A stretch of 64,000 bases of DNA from a virus (IMGVR_UViG_3300032234_000388:32001-96000), one strand, 5' to 3'. Positions 7,483-16,766 are shown, counted from the stretch's first letter. Numbers and translations are program-made. Notes: generated by a model not told the origin, from the letters alone.

Positions 7483-8157
7483 ATGTTTGCAACAAGTACA
7501 ATCCGATCTGCGTCAGAAATCAATTCTGCCATGGGTCGTGTTTATGGTCACATGAGTGTGGCTGTGGTAATCAGCATGCTGGCCAGTCTGCTGGTAGCCA
7601 GTTCACCTGCGCTAATGGCTGTGTTGTTTGGCACTGGGCTTAAATGGGTCGTAATGTTTGCTCCATTGATTGCCATATTGGGTATGAGCTTGGGATATGA
7701 GCGTATGAGCAAGAACACCATACAGATTCTACTGTACGGGTTCGCAGTACTGATGGGATTGAGTTTTGCCACTATCTTTGTGGTCTATCAAATTGGTTCA
7801 ATAGTCACTGCATTTATGGGTGCTGCTGTGCTGTTTGGCACACTGAGCTTTTATGGTTATTTTACCAAGAAAGATCTAAGTTCGTGGGGAACATTCCTGT
7901 TGGTAGGTTTAATTGCTCTGATCATTACCAGCATTGTTAATATCTTTATTGGCAGTTCTGTATTGGCCATGACGCTGTCAGCAATTGCTATTATTATATT
8001 CTTGGGTTTGACTGCCTATGACACACAGCGTATTCGCGAATTGGTCACGTATGAAAATGACGGCAAAGCAGAAGTCATGGGCGCACTGAGCCTATACTTG
8101 AACTTTATCAACATCTTCCTCAGTTTGCTACAGTTGTTTGGTAATAGAAACGACTAA
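7483..8157 (+). CDS. Bax inhibitor-1/YccA family membrane protein
   Basis: 7 TM; TKKDLS, TAYDTQRI and ALSLYLNFINIFLSLLQLFG motifs; AAGGAG SD before ATG 7483. Confidence 0.9.
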   Translation: MFATSTIRSASEINSAMGRVYGHMSVAVVISMLASLLVASSPALMAVLFGTGLKWVVMFAPLIAILGMSLGYERMSKNTIQILLYGFAVLMGLSFATIFVVYQIGSIVTAFMGAAVLFGTLSFYGYFTKKDLSSWGTFLLVGLIALIITSIVNIFIGSSVLAMTLSAIAIIIFLGLTAYDTQRIRELVTYENDGKAEVMGALSLYLNFINIFLSLLQLFGNRND

Positions 8158-8867
8158 TTTAAAACGTTAGTCTGTTGTTCTAAAGAGAGCTCGGCATCTT
8201 CCAGCTCTCTTATTTTTTCTGTGATTTGATCAATAAGACCTAGGTTTCGAAGTATTTTGAAAACTAGGTTTTCTACTGACCACTCACCCGCACGAGCCAG
8301 TCCAGCTTTGCGCATCTGTGTAATTTTGTCTTTGACTGTGCGCAGTTTGTCTAGATCTTTACTTAATAACGCCTGCTCAATTTGAGCTAGCACTGCATCT
8401 TTTTTAGCTTCTATAGCAGCATCATCTAGTGTGGGTTTAACTTTCTTGGGTTCAACTAGCCACTTGCCTTGAATCAGACTGTATACCCCTGTTGAGTGAT
8501 GCGGTTCGTCTTCGCCTTGCACATAACACTCTACAGGCAAACCTCGAATAGTGATTGTATGCTGTTCTGCCCACAAGGCCTTTTTAGCTGTGAACAGTTC
8601 ACGTTGTTCGTCTGTAGGAGTTCCGGGAATGATCAGATGCAGGTCTAGATCTGAGTATTCAGTCCAGGTATAGTTGGCATTGGATCCAGTGATTGTGTGA
8701 TCTATCACATCGATGTCAATGCCAATAAATTCTTGAAAAGCCTTGGCTATATCTTCTAGTTTGGCAGCAACTTCAATGTCTAGAGTATCATCGTTCCAAA
8801 TTTTAGGATTTAGACGACGATTTACTGTTACTATATCAGCGGATTCGTTTAATTCTCTTAGACGCAT
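8154..8867 (-). CDS. Pol-beta superfamily nucleotidyltransferase-domain protein
   Basis: ITGSNANY...SDLDLH...VECY; late TAAATA 4 nt upstream. Confidence 0.7.
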   Translation of the reverse strand: MRLRELNESADIVTVNRRLNPKIWNDDTLDIEVAAKLEDIAKAFQEFIGIDIDVIDHTITGSNANYTWTEYSDLDLHLIIPGTPTDEQRELFTAKKALWAEQHTITIRGLPVECYVQGEDEPHHSTGVYSLIQGKWLVEPKKVKPTLDDAAIEAKKDAVLAQIEQALLSKDLDKLRTVKDKITQMRKAGLARAGEWSVENLVFKILRNLGLIDQITEKIRELEDAELSLEQQTNVLN

Positions 8868-8870
8868 GCA

Positions 8871-9122
8871 TTATTTAGCCCACATTAGGCTGTACAAGCT
8901 GGCCAATTTATCTGAGTAAATTTCTGCAACTACATAGGTATACGGATCACTGGGTTTTTGTTCTACAACCATTTGACATTCTCTAGAGTCTTGGCTCTTT
9001 AACCATTGTATGTGATCAATTCCGGCCTGCCGATGTACAGCTGGCCAATCTATGTATATGTTGCCCGTACCGTCTGATTCTGGATCAAAGTACCGAGCTA
9101 GTTCAAAACGATGCGTCTTCAT
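8871..9122 (-). CDS. hypothetical protein
   Basis: ORF packed between the helicase and the nucleotidyltransferase. Confidence 0.6.
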   Translation of the reverse strand: MKTHRFELARYFDPESDGTGNIYIDWPAVHRQAGIDHIQWLKSQDSRECQMVVEQKPSDPYTYVVAEIYSDKLASLYSLMWAK

Positions 9123-10524
9123 CACTGCTCATGTTGTTTAAAATTTCACGCAATTTAGTGCTTTCGACCTGTGCTCTAACCTTGCCTACTGATGCACCCT
9201 CTGTGGGCTCTTCACGCTGTATTTCAGTCTTGCGTTTGATGCTGTCAATAATACTAGAAGTACCACGATTACCGCCACTAGTACTTTCTTGTTCGTCTTC
9301 TGGTAAGTCGCTGATCTTAAGGCTTTCTAGATTAAACTCTAGATCTACTTTCATACCCACACCACTTGATGAACGAGTTTTCATTAACTGTATTTGATAA
9401 CGTCCACGTTCACGCATGGCTCGACTTGTAAAGATACCGAATACGTTATCCGCAGTTTGAATCTTAGATAGGCCACCTGAAATATGACTGTGATCAAACT
9501 CAACTTCTTCAACCGCACCACGATTCAACTGTGCCGCAGTGACTAGTACACAATTCTTTTCTACTGCTAGATTACGCAGTTCTTCTGACACATATTTGTC
9601 TTTGATAAACAAATCTGCTGGACTAATCTTCTTGCTAACAGGCATTAGTAAGTCTAAATAGTCTACTAAGAGAATATCTACTTTCTTACCTACTTTGATT
9701 TCATACTCTTTTAAGTATGCTCTTAGATCATTAGCAGTCTTGCCCGATGGCATATATTTGACCTGCAGCATACCTGACTTCTTGCCAATCATCTTAACTT
9801 TCATTTCAACGTCGTCAAGATCTCTAAAAATCTCTTTAGTTGATATTCCAGTAAGCATACTATCAATACGCATCGATACTAGTGCTTCTGAAAGTTCTAA
9901 TGTTAGATAGACAACATTAAGTCCCTGAAGTGCCCAATTGACTCCCAAGTTAGCAAGAAATAAAGATTTACCTGCCCCGGATCCACCTGCAAAAATATTA
10001 AGTTCTCCACGATTCATTCCTCCAAATAGTCTACGATCCATGCTAGGCCATCCTGTACTAATCTGGCCATTCTTATCTTTGATGCCTAACAATCGACCAC
10101 GAGGATCAGCAAAGTAGTCTGTGCCCATATCACGAGCAAGTCCTATCTGTACTGCTTCTTTGATCATAACTTCCACAGCACCGTAGTCGCTTTTTTCTAG
10201 TAGATCTGCTGAACTAATAATTGCACGTTCTAATGCTTTATGACGAGTAAACGATTCAAACTCGTCCATGAACCATTGCATGTGACCATCTTTTAAATCT
10301 TCTGGGCGTCTAAGTTCTGTGCGACAGCTGGCATTGACCATTTCATAGTCTGGCAACACATTATAGTTTTTTGCATACTCGTTCATAAACTCTGCAGCAT
10401 CCTGCAGTTTACGTTCAAATAGCGTGTGATCAAAAATACCTTGACAGCGGACAAACACTTCTGCATCTGCCAGCATGATTTCAAGATATAATTTTTGTAC
10501 TTCGAATCCGTAATCTTTTATCAT
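9103..10524 (-). CDS. gp41: DnaB-like replicative helicase (T4 gp41-like)
   Basis: GGSGAGKS Walker A, LELSE, VDYLDL, AAQLNR, MKTR. Confidence 0.93.
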   Translation of the reverse strand: MIKDYGFEVQKLYLEIMLADAEVFVRCQGIFDHTLFERKLQDAAEFMNEYAKNYNVLPDYEMVNASCRTELRRPEDLKDGHMQWFMDEFESFTRHKALERAIISSADLLEKSDYGAVEVMIKEAVQIGLARDMGTDYFADPRGRLLGIKDKNGQISTGWPSMDRRLFGGMNRGELNIFAGGSGAGKSLFLANLGVNWALQGLNVVYLTLELSEALVSMRIDSMLTGISTKEIFRDLDDVEMKVKMIGKKSGMLQVKYMPSGKTANDLRAYLKEYEIKVGKKVDILLVDYLDLLMPVSKKISPADLFIKDKYVSEELRNLAVEKNCVLVTAAQLNRGAVEEVEFDHSHISGGLSKIQTADNVFGIFTSRAMRERGRYQIQLMKTRSSSGVGMKVDLEFNLESLKISDLPEDEQESTSGGNRGTSSIIDSIKRKTEIQREEPTEGASVGKVRAQVESTKLREILNNMSSDEDASF

Positions 10525-10541
10525 ATTAACTATTATACACT

Positions 10542-12011
10542 CTAATTAAACACAGGTAAACCATGTAGTTGACTCCAGGTCCTAGCATCGGCATGATCAT
10601 TGATCATCGGTTGCCCTTTGATATTCAAACTGGTATTCAACAGCATAGGACAGCCCGTAGCTTCGTACCATAACTCTAATAATTCTCTAAATTGCGGATT
10701 ATCGGATTTACTGACCGTTTGTACACGGCTGGTTCCGTCGGTATGTACGATGGCCGAATAAGACTCAGATTCCAAACAAGGCGCAATAAATTGCATGTAA
10801 GCTGTTGATTTTGTTGGCATTTTAAAGTACTGATTTGCAAATTCTTCTAATATTGCAGGGGCAAAGGGTCTAAACTGCTCTCGGTGCTTTATATTGTTAA
10901 TTGCGACCTTTATTTCCGGACCACGCGGATCTGCTATCAAACTGCGGTTTCCTAAGGCTCTAGGACCAAACTCTGCAGGACCGCGAGCAAGTCCGCACAT
11001 TTTGTGTTCGAGCAGATGAGCAACAATTTCTTTATTGCTAGCCTTATAGCCCATATCATATCCTAGATACGGGCCTTGCCAATCTATATGCGTTTTCTTA
11101 TGAGCAAGTACTGCACCAATTGCACTGCCGCTATCTCCGGGTGCCGGCATTATCCAAACACGATCGAAGTATTTGTAGGCAATAGGGTTAGCGGCACAGT
11201 TTAGAGCACATCCTCCCATAAACACTAGATTTCTACTTGAGCTGGTTCTAACGGCCTGCTGTAAGACTCGCTCAAATGCCATCTCGTATACAGCTTGTGT
11301 AGCTGCTGCTATATCGTACAAATCTTGCTGTGTTGTTAATTCAGGACGCCACCAATTACATCCTCGATGTAAATTTTGTTTAATCCTGTAAACATGTTCA
11401 TAATCATCATTAGGAAAACTAACAAAATCATTTAATAGGTCTCTGATAAATCTATTAGGGTTTCCTAGTGCTGCCATGCCCATTAAGATATATTCTTCTT
11501 CGTTGGGCTTTAAGCCGCAGCGTTGTGTCATTGCACTATAAAACAATCCTAAACTGTTTGGATATTCTAGAATGTATCGTTTGTGTAGGTTAGTGCCAAC
11601 AGCATCCCACTGTGTTAGACATTCAAATTCGCCAATGGCATCGATTACTAGTACACAGGCATCTTCAAACCCGCTAGTGTAATAACCTGCGGCTGCGTGT
11701 GTTTGGTGATGTCCAAAAGTTTTAATCGGTGTTCGAATATTAAACTTTCTAAGATAATCTTTTACATTATTATTCTGCCATCCTTGCCCGGCAGTTAACT
11801 GCCTTAGAGTTTTTAACCAAGGACGTTCGTACCAGCAAACTAATTCAGGTTTACCAAATGTTCGAGCATGTTCTATTAATTCATAACTGAGATCTGGATC
11901 GTTCTTAAGTTTACTAAACCGTTCTGATTCGCTGGCAAATACTAATTTGTCATTGTCAAACACGGCCAAGGCAGCATTATGGCTGGCTGCAGATATTCCC
12001 CAGGTAATCAT
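10542..12011 (-). CDS. NodU/CmcH/TobZ family carbamoyltransferase
   Basis: HHQTHAA, DAIGE, GGCALN, EFGPRALGNRS, REQFRPFAP, LLNTSLN. Confidence 0.95.
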   Translation of the reverse strand: MITWGISAASHNAALAVFDNDKLVFASESERFSKLKNDPDLSYELIEHARTFGKPELVCWYERPWLKTLRQLTAGQGWQNNNVKDYLRKFNIRTPIKTFGHHQTHAAAGYYTSGFEDACVLVIDAIGEFECLTQWDAVGTNLHKRYILEYPNSLGLFYSAMTQRCGLKPNEEEYILMGMAALGNPNRFIRDLLNDFVSFPNDDYEHVYRIKQNLHRGCNWWRPELTTQQDLYDIAAATQAVYEMAFERVLQQAVRTSSSRNLVFMGGCALNCAANPIAYKYFDRVWIMPAPGDSGSAIGAVLAHKKTHIDWQGPYLGYDMGYKASNKEIVAHLLEHKMCGLARGPAEFGPRALGNRSLIADPRGPEIKVAINNIKHREQFRPFAPAILEEFANQYFKMPTKSTAYMQFIAPCLESESYSAIVHTDGTSRVQTVSKSDNPQFRELLELWYEATGCPMLLNTSLNIKGQPMINDHADARTWSQLHGLPVFN

Positions 12012-12124
12012 TTGTAAATGAACGGATCCCGTTTCCTAAGTTCTGCAATTCGTTTTTTTAATTTTTTGTAATCACGGTACCGTTGTATCGGACTATATAA
12101 AAAATTAAATATTTTCTTTAGCAT
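12008..12124 (-). CDS. 38-aa PFIY peptide coupled to the carbamoyltransferase (not in ORF track)
   Basis: MLKKIFNFLYSPIQRYRDYKKLKKRIAELRKRDPFIYK; ATGA overlap with 12011. Confidence 0.7.
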   Translation of the reverse strand: MLKKIFNFLYSPIQRYRDYKKLKKRIAELRKRDPFIYK

Positions 12125-13130
12125 ATTCTAATCTCTGTAATTTGTGTTCCTGCTGTTTCTTTGCCATGTTAATTTTAATACTGCCGTGTTGTGCAGTCTG
12201 AATAGCATCAACAATGACAAATAATTTACCATATCTTTGCACAGCATCGGCAACATCTTTAACATCGTCTTCCCACGTAGGCATTGCCACAGCCCAGCCT
12301 AATTCTGCTGCACGATCAAACAGCACCAGTCCTGCACTATCTTGATCAGGTATTACAATAATTTCGCTGCCTAGACTATTAATTATTCGACTTTGCTGAT
12401 CTGCAACTTCGTTAGTGAGTAGAGCCATTCCGCCTATAGCTAATGCATCTAATGGACCTTCACAGACGAACACATATTTTTGTTCTTCTTTCTGTGCATC
12501 AACATTGAATACAAAATGCGGATGTTGATCTGATAGATATTTTGGTTTTCCGTCTGTAATTTTTCTGGCGGTATTACCTACAATGCGTCCTTGATAGAAG
12601 AACGGTATGATCACTCTTTGCTCGTAGCCTGAATTAGGACTCCAATAGAAATTGCCGTCTAAGGGATTATAACCTCTATTGTAAACATATTCTAATACAG
12701 GAACAATTTCTGCAGGCATGTCTGCGCCAAACTCTGCCCACTCTTTTAATGACAAAGATCCTTCTGGCAATGGCTTGTCTGTAAAGTCTATCTTAGGCTG
12801 TTGTTGCTCTGGCTTATATTCGGGTCCTTCGGTTTTAAGACTTTCGAATATCATTGTTTTGATATCGTCTTCGTTAGCGCCTAACCAGCGACTAAGTGTT
12901 TTCATCTTTTCACCAAACGGTGAGCCAGGCTGCCATCCTGTAGAAAATTTGCAATTAAAACAGTTGAAGACTATGCCATCGCCGTCAAACCGAATGCCGC
13001 CACGTTTACGAGTATCCGGACTATGCCCGCGATGCCCGCAACATGGTGCATTAAAACTAGTCCAACCACTGGGGCTCGATTTAGCTCGCGGAGGGAGTAG
13101 TGTTCGAAATTTGTCTACGACTAAAGTCAT
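12105..13130 (-). CDS. gp61: DNA primase (T4 gp61-like)
   Basis: Zn finger (PCC...CFNC), RVIIPF, PKY, CEGPLDA, PDQD, KDVAD TOPRIM motifs. Confidence 0.88.
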   Translation of the reverse strand: MTLVVDKFRTLLPPRAKSSPSGWTSFNAPCCGHRGHSPDTRKRGGIRFDGDGIVFNCFNCKFSTGWQPGSPFGEKMKTLSRWLGANEDDIKTMIFESLKTEGPEYKPEQQQPKIDFTDKPLPEGSLSLKEWAEFGADMPAEIVPVLEYVYNRGYNPLDGNFYWSPNSGYEQRVIIPFFYQGRIVGNTARKITDGKPKYLSDQHPHFVFNVDAQKEEQKYVFVCEGPLDALAIGGMALLTNEVADQQSRIINSLGSEIIVIPDQDSAGLVLFDRAAELGWAVAMPTWEDDVKDVADAVQRYGKLFVIVDAIQTAQHGSIKINMAKKQQEHKLQRLEYAKENI

Positions 13131-13136
13131 AGCACA

Positions 13137-13165
13137 AGTATACTATCTGTACAACACCTTGTCAA
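13137..13165 (-). promoter_or_regulatory. sigma70 promoter of primase, probably leaderless
   Basis: TTGACA-17-TATACT, ATG 6 nt downstream. Confidence 0.8.
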
Positions 13166-14216
13166 GAGATCCAACAACAATATTGGTGTCAGCCAAAACA
13201 AATGTTTTTACCCCATTATAGGATAATCCTGTCCAATTAACTCCAGTAATACCGCCGATGTCGTTTACAGCTGATACTGTGATAGTTAAATCGTTAGTGA
13301 CTAATTCTCCGCCTAATTTATTACCTGGAATTAGAATAGTATTGCCAATTTCGTAGCCTTTACCAGCGTTTCCAACGGACACATTATAATTTAACAGCAT
13401 GGTCTGAGCAATAGTAAATGTAGCAGTAGAAGAGCTCTGTGTCGGTAAATGTTTGATTCTAAACCAGTTGTATTTGCCGGTAATATTTTTATATCGCTGT
13501 GTAGTAAGATCAACGGTAGAAATGTCAACCCATTTATATGGGGTAGCTCCCTGTTCATCTAAGCTGCCTTGGATGGTCACAGTTCCGCGATAGTTTGTAG
13601 AGTAAAATTGAAATGTGTGCAGTCCGCCTGCACTGTTAAAGGTTGGCTTAGCATCAACAATACTGCTGATGTAAATTTTTGGATCTTCGCTGCCTGCAGT
13701 AAAGGGATTTATATATTCAAACTTATCAATAGACACACTAGGTGTAACTTCACCTAGAACATCACCTAGAACTTCAATAGTTCCAAGAGTGTCGTACTGG
13801 CTGTCCATATACATAGCAATTCTAGAAGTTACACGATAATCTGTAGAATCAACAGTTTCTCTAACTTCTTTGATAATACTATAGTCGTAAAATCCAGGAT
13901 CGATATCTAACATTTCATACTCTGTTAGAATAACCGTGACCTTGCCTGTGGCTAGATCCATAGATGAAAAATCTTTCTGAAAAACTAAATCTTTTGTTTC
14001 TCTAGTAATGAGATTAAATACCAAAGTAGAACCAGTTATGTTGCTGGCTTTTTGATCACTGTTACGAACCTGAACATCAATGCGATTATCAACACTGCGA
14101 TATATTTTTAAATTTCGATTGTACACTCTACGATACCTCTCTGTCGTCCAGGAATCTAACGGGTTTGTAAACACGTCTAACTTATTTGAATATAAATAAA
14201 CAGGATTAAATTGCAT
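13143..14216 (-). CDS. putative virion structural protein
   Basis: beta-rich, Thr/Asn-rich; TAAATA upstream at 14238-14243. Confidence 0.55.
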   Translation of the reverse strand: MQFNPVYLYSNKLDVFTNPLDSWTTERYRRVYNRNLKIYRSVDNRIDVQVRNSDQKASNITGSTLVFNLITRETKDLVFQKDFSSMDLATGKVTVILTEYEMLDIDPGFYDYSIIKEVRETVDSTDYRVTSRIAMYMDSQYDTLGTIEVLGDVLGEVTPSVSIDKFEYINPFTAGSEDPKIYISSIVDAKPTFNSAGGLHTFQFYSTNYRGTVTIQGSLDEQGATPYKWVDISTVDLTTQRYKNITGKYNWFRIKHLPTQSSSTATFTIAQTMLLNYNVSVGNAGKGYEIGNTILIPGNKLGGELVTNDLTITVSAVNDIGGITGVNWTGLSYNGVKTFVLADTNIVVGSLDKVLYR

Positions 14217-14247
14217 ACATTAGAATACCTTTAGCATTATTTATCGA

Positions 14248-14619
14248 ATGAGAATAACAGAAAACCTACAAGAAAATTTTCCATTTATCAGCGTTATAAA
14301 TCACGTTAATCAAGAATACGTGGGCATAATCATCAACCAAGATGCTCAAGTTACCAGCGTATATGATTATGCAGCTATACGCACTGATGAAGAAAAAGCA
14401 AGATTTTTAGAACTCGGCGAAGTATGGTGGTGGGAATCAAACCGTCAAATACCTATTAACATTTTTTTACTTAAAGAAATTGTTGAATTTCGATATGCTA
14501 TTAGAAACTTTAGCACCAAAGACGTAAAAGTATTGTTAGGCCCGTGTACCAGTTTAAATGATATTATTGTAAAACGAATCAAGCGTAAGTCAATTACACT
14601 CGTTAGAAAAACTAGTTAA
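14248..14619 (+). CDS. hypothetical protein
   Basis: 123-aa ORF with WWWESNRQIPINIFL. Confidence 0.7.
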   Translation: MRITENLQENFPFISVINHVNQEYVGIIINQDAQVTSVYDYAAIRTDEEKARFLELGEVWWWESNRQIPINIFLLKEIVEFRYAIRNFSTKDVKVLLGPCTSLNDIIVKRIKRKSITLVRKTS

Positions 14620-15194
14620 CTATATTCATAACTAAGCTGTTCACAGATTAAATTCATCTGAACAACAATGGCCACAGCGTAAGCAGTTGCGTGGCTTTTC
14701 TTAAAGAAGTATTCTTCATTTTCGGGTTTCTTCCAAACCTCGTTTAACACAGTGTTCCAATCTTTTCCAATCAAATAACGCTTGGCGGGCCTGATCATAG
14801 CCAACACCGCAGCCAACTGCTCGATCGTAGTTGGCTTCATCTTTCTCAGAATCTCTCCGTGTCCGTTCACATGAAACAATAGACTGCTGAAGCTGTCGTC
14901 CTCTAGTAGATCCCATAGTGGTTCCTTGTTCATTAACTCCGTAAGATGTGTTTCGTCTCGAACACCCTTATAGATTCCAACATTTAAAAAATCTATTTTG
15001 AAATATCCTTGCTCTTCTGCTTCGTCGTAAGGTATTGCACACAAGTTGTTTATAGCACTCACCGGTACTTCATGAAGATACACTCCTGTGTTATGTTTGA
15101 CTAGTTTGTTATCTTCTAGACGACTAGCTTTAACATGTTTGAATAATGTTAGAGCTTGTTCTCTATCTAGAAAGTCTATGTCAATATCAGGCAT
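14616..15194 (-). CDS. miniature DNA polymerase III alpha (DnaE)-like protein
   Basis: MPDIDIDF, KHNTGVY, GYFKIDFLNV, LAMIRP, FKKSHATAYA in only 192 aa. Confidence 0.8.
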   Translation of the reverse strand: MPDIDIDFLDREQALTLFKHVKASRLEDNKLVKHNTGVYLHEVPVSAINNLCAIPYDEAEEQGYFKIDFLNVGIYKGVRDETHLTELMNKEPLWDLLEDDSFSSLLFHVNGHGEILRKMKPTTIEQLAAVLAMIRPAKRYLIGKDWNTVLNEVWKKPENEEYFFKKSHATAYAVAIVVQMNLICEQLSYEYS

Positions 15195-15393
15195 TTTTGA
15201 TCTCTGGAGGGGCCCAAGTAGCATAATCAATTTTTTTCCATTGATTTATTCCTGGAGTGGTATACGGAGTATATATTTCGCCGGTTTCGCGATCCACTAG
15301 CAGCCATTTCTCTACACACTTAGTAGTTATGGTTAGTGTCTGAGGTTTAACAAGTTCAGGCACTATCGTTCCGTCGATTAATGTTCTAGTCAT
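15187..15393 (-). CDS. hypothetical protein
   Basis: tightly packed ORF. Confidence 0.6.
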   Translation of the reverse strand: MTRTLIDGTIVPELVKPQTLTITTKCVEKWLLVDRETGEIYTPYTTPGINQWKKIDYATWAPPEIKNA

Positions 15394-15620
15394 TATTGTA
15401 ATCTCGTAGTTTCAAAAAGCAGTAAGGGCAGAGTTTCTGCTAAAAATTCTGCATATTCTTCAGCGTCTTCTGAGGATTCGAATCCTGTAAACTTTACATA
15501 AACTGTTGGTTCCTCGTCCGATGATGTCATTACTTCGATATCAATGTCGTCACGAGAAATAAATTCTTCGTTATCGGCTAATTCTTCTTCTACAATTTCT
15601 ATTTCTGGTCTTTTTGGCAT
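15393..15620 (-). CDS. acidic hypothetical protein
   Basis: TAATG-coupled on both sides. Confidence 0.65.
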   Translation of the reverse strand: MPKRPEIEIVEEELADNEEFISRDDIDIEVMTSSDEEPTVYVKFTGFESSEDAEEYAEFLAETLPLLLFETTRLQ

Positions 15621-16303
15621 TACATTATCCTCGCCTCTTTAACAACATCTTTGATTAGTTCCACATCTGCAGGCAGAGATTTAAATCTACGAATCCAAAA
15701 TTGAGGATCTACAATAGGCCCTACAATTTCTAATTGTTCGTCATTCATACGTTGCAACAGTTCTTTGCCCGACTTGGTATTTAATATTAACCACGGGCTT
15801 ACAAGACCCTCTTTGATATCGTGCGTAGCACGGTTAAGATTAACATATTGAAAATAATGTTCCCAAGGAGCAGAATTAGAGTCTGCCCATTCCATCATTG
15901 TTTTAATTGTACGTTGTATAGCACCGTCGGCTGGTTCTATTTTAATCAACTCTTTAATGTATGAGTCGTACAATTCATCACGGCACCAATGATCTAACTT
16001 TATTCCGCTTTTAATCACATAGTCAATAAATCGTTCTGGATAGATAGGAGCAGTATTGATCATAAAACTGCCAAATTTAACAAAGGCAGTATAGTAAGGA
16101 CTAGATGCAAATTCTTCAAAAGTTTTAGCTGTCTTGCCTTTTTGTGTAAGCTCGTAGAATCGCTGATAGGTTAGCAGTCCGGCCTGTACGTGACGCTCAT
16201 CTCGGCCAAGGTGTCGACGTTTTTGCTCGCAGACATGCACAACTAAAGTTTTTTCTTTAGCAAAAAGTTTACCGCAATGCTCACACTTATAACTTAAGTC
16301 CAT
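15620..16303 (-). CDS. zinc-finger protein
   Basis: YKCEHCGKLFAKEKTLVVHVC; probable start ATG 16303. Confidence 0.65.
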   Translation of the reverse strand: MDLSYKCEHCGKLFAKEKTLVVHVCEQKRRHLGRDERHVQAGLLTYQRFYELTQKGKTAKTFEEFASSPYYTAFVKFGSFMINTAPIYPERFIDYVIKSGIKLDHWCRDELYDSYIKELIKIEPADGAIQRTIKTMMEWADSNSAPWEHYFQYVNLNRATHDIKEGLVSPWLILNTKSGKELLQRMNDEQLEIVGPIVDPQFWIRRFKSLPADVELIKDVVKEARIM

Positions 16304-16766
16304 TGATCGCTTTTTTGTCCCAGCCAAGATCTTCGCAGTATTGTTTGATTTCTTTGTCTGTGCTAATTGCTGCAAGTGTTGCAATGTCGCTCCTTTTCAT
16401 ATTTGGAAATAGTTCTGCTAGAAGTTCTTCTTTCTTGTTCTTTTCACGCTTCAGAGGCAACCACTCGTGAAACTGAGTCTTTTTGCTTTCATGACTACAC
16501 ATGCATAAAGTCTGCCATTGCAGTTTGGGATGTTTGGCAATGTCATTCCAGTGTTTGTTGTAAAACTCATTGACTGTTAACAGATAGTGTTCTTGTAGTT
16601 CTCTGTTATTAGTTTTAACATTGCTGATATATCGATTAAGAGTCCATAAGTCGCCCTTAATCTCTTTTCGGCCATCTTCTGAAGCAGCATCCCACAGTTC
16701 TTTCAATCCCATGTCAACTGCTGGAATCATATCTTTAAAAAGGTCTACGTGTTTATTTTTGCCCAT
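16287..16766 (-). CDS. putative clamp loader small subunit (T4 gp62-like)
   Basis: LNRYIS..HPKLQWQTLC..FHEWL pattern, size and replication context. Confidence 0.5.
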   Translation of the reverse strand: MGKNKHVDLFKDMIPAVDMGLKELWDAASEDGRKEIKGDLWTLNRYISNVKTNNRELQEHYLLTVNEFYNKHWNDIAKHPKLQWQTLCMCSHESKKTQFHEWLPLKREKNKKEELLAELFPNMKRSDIATLAAISTDKEIKQYCEDLGWDKKAINGLKL

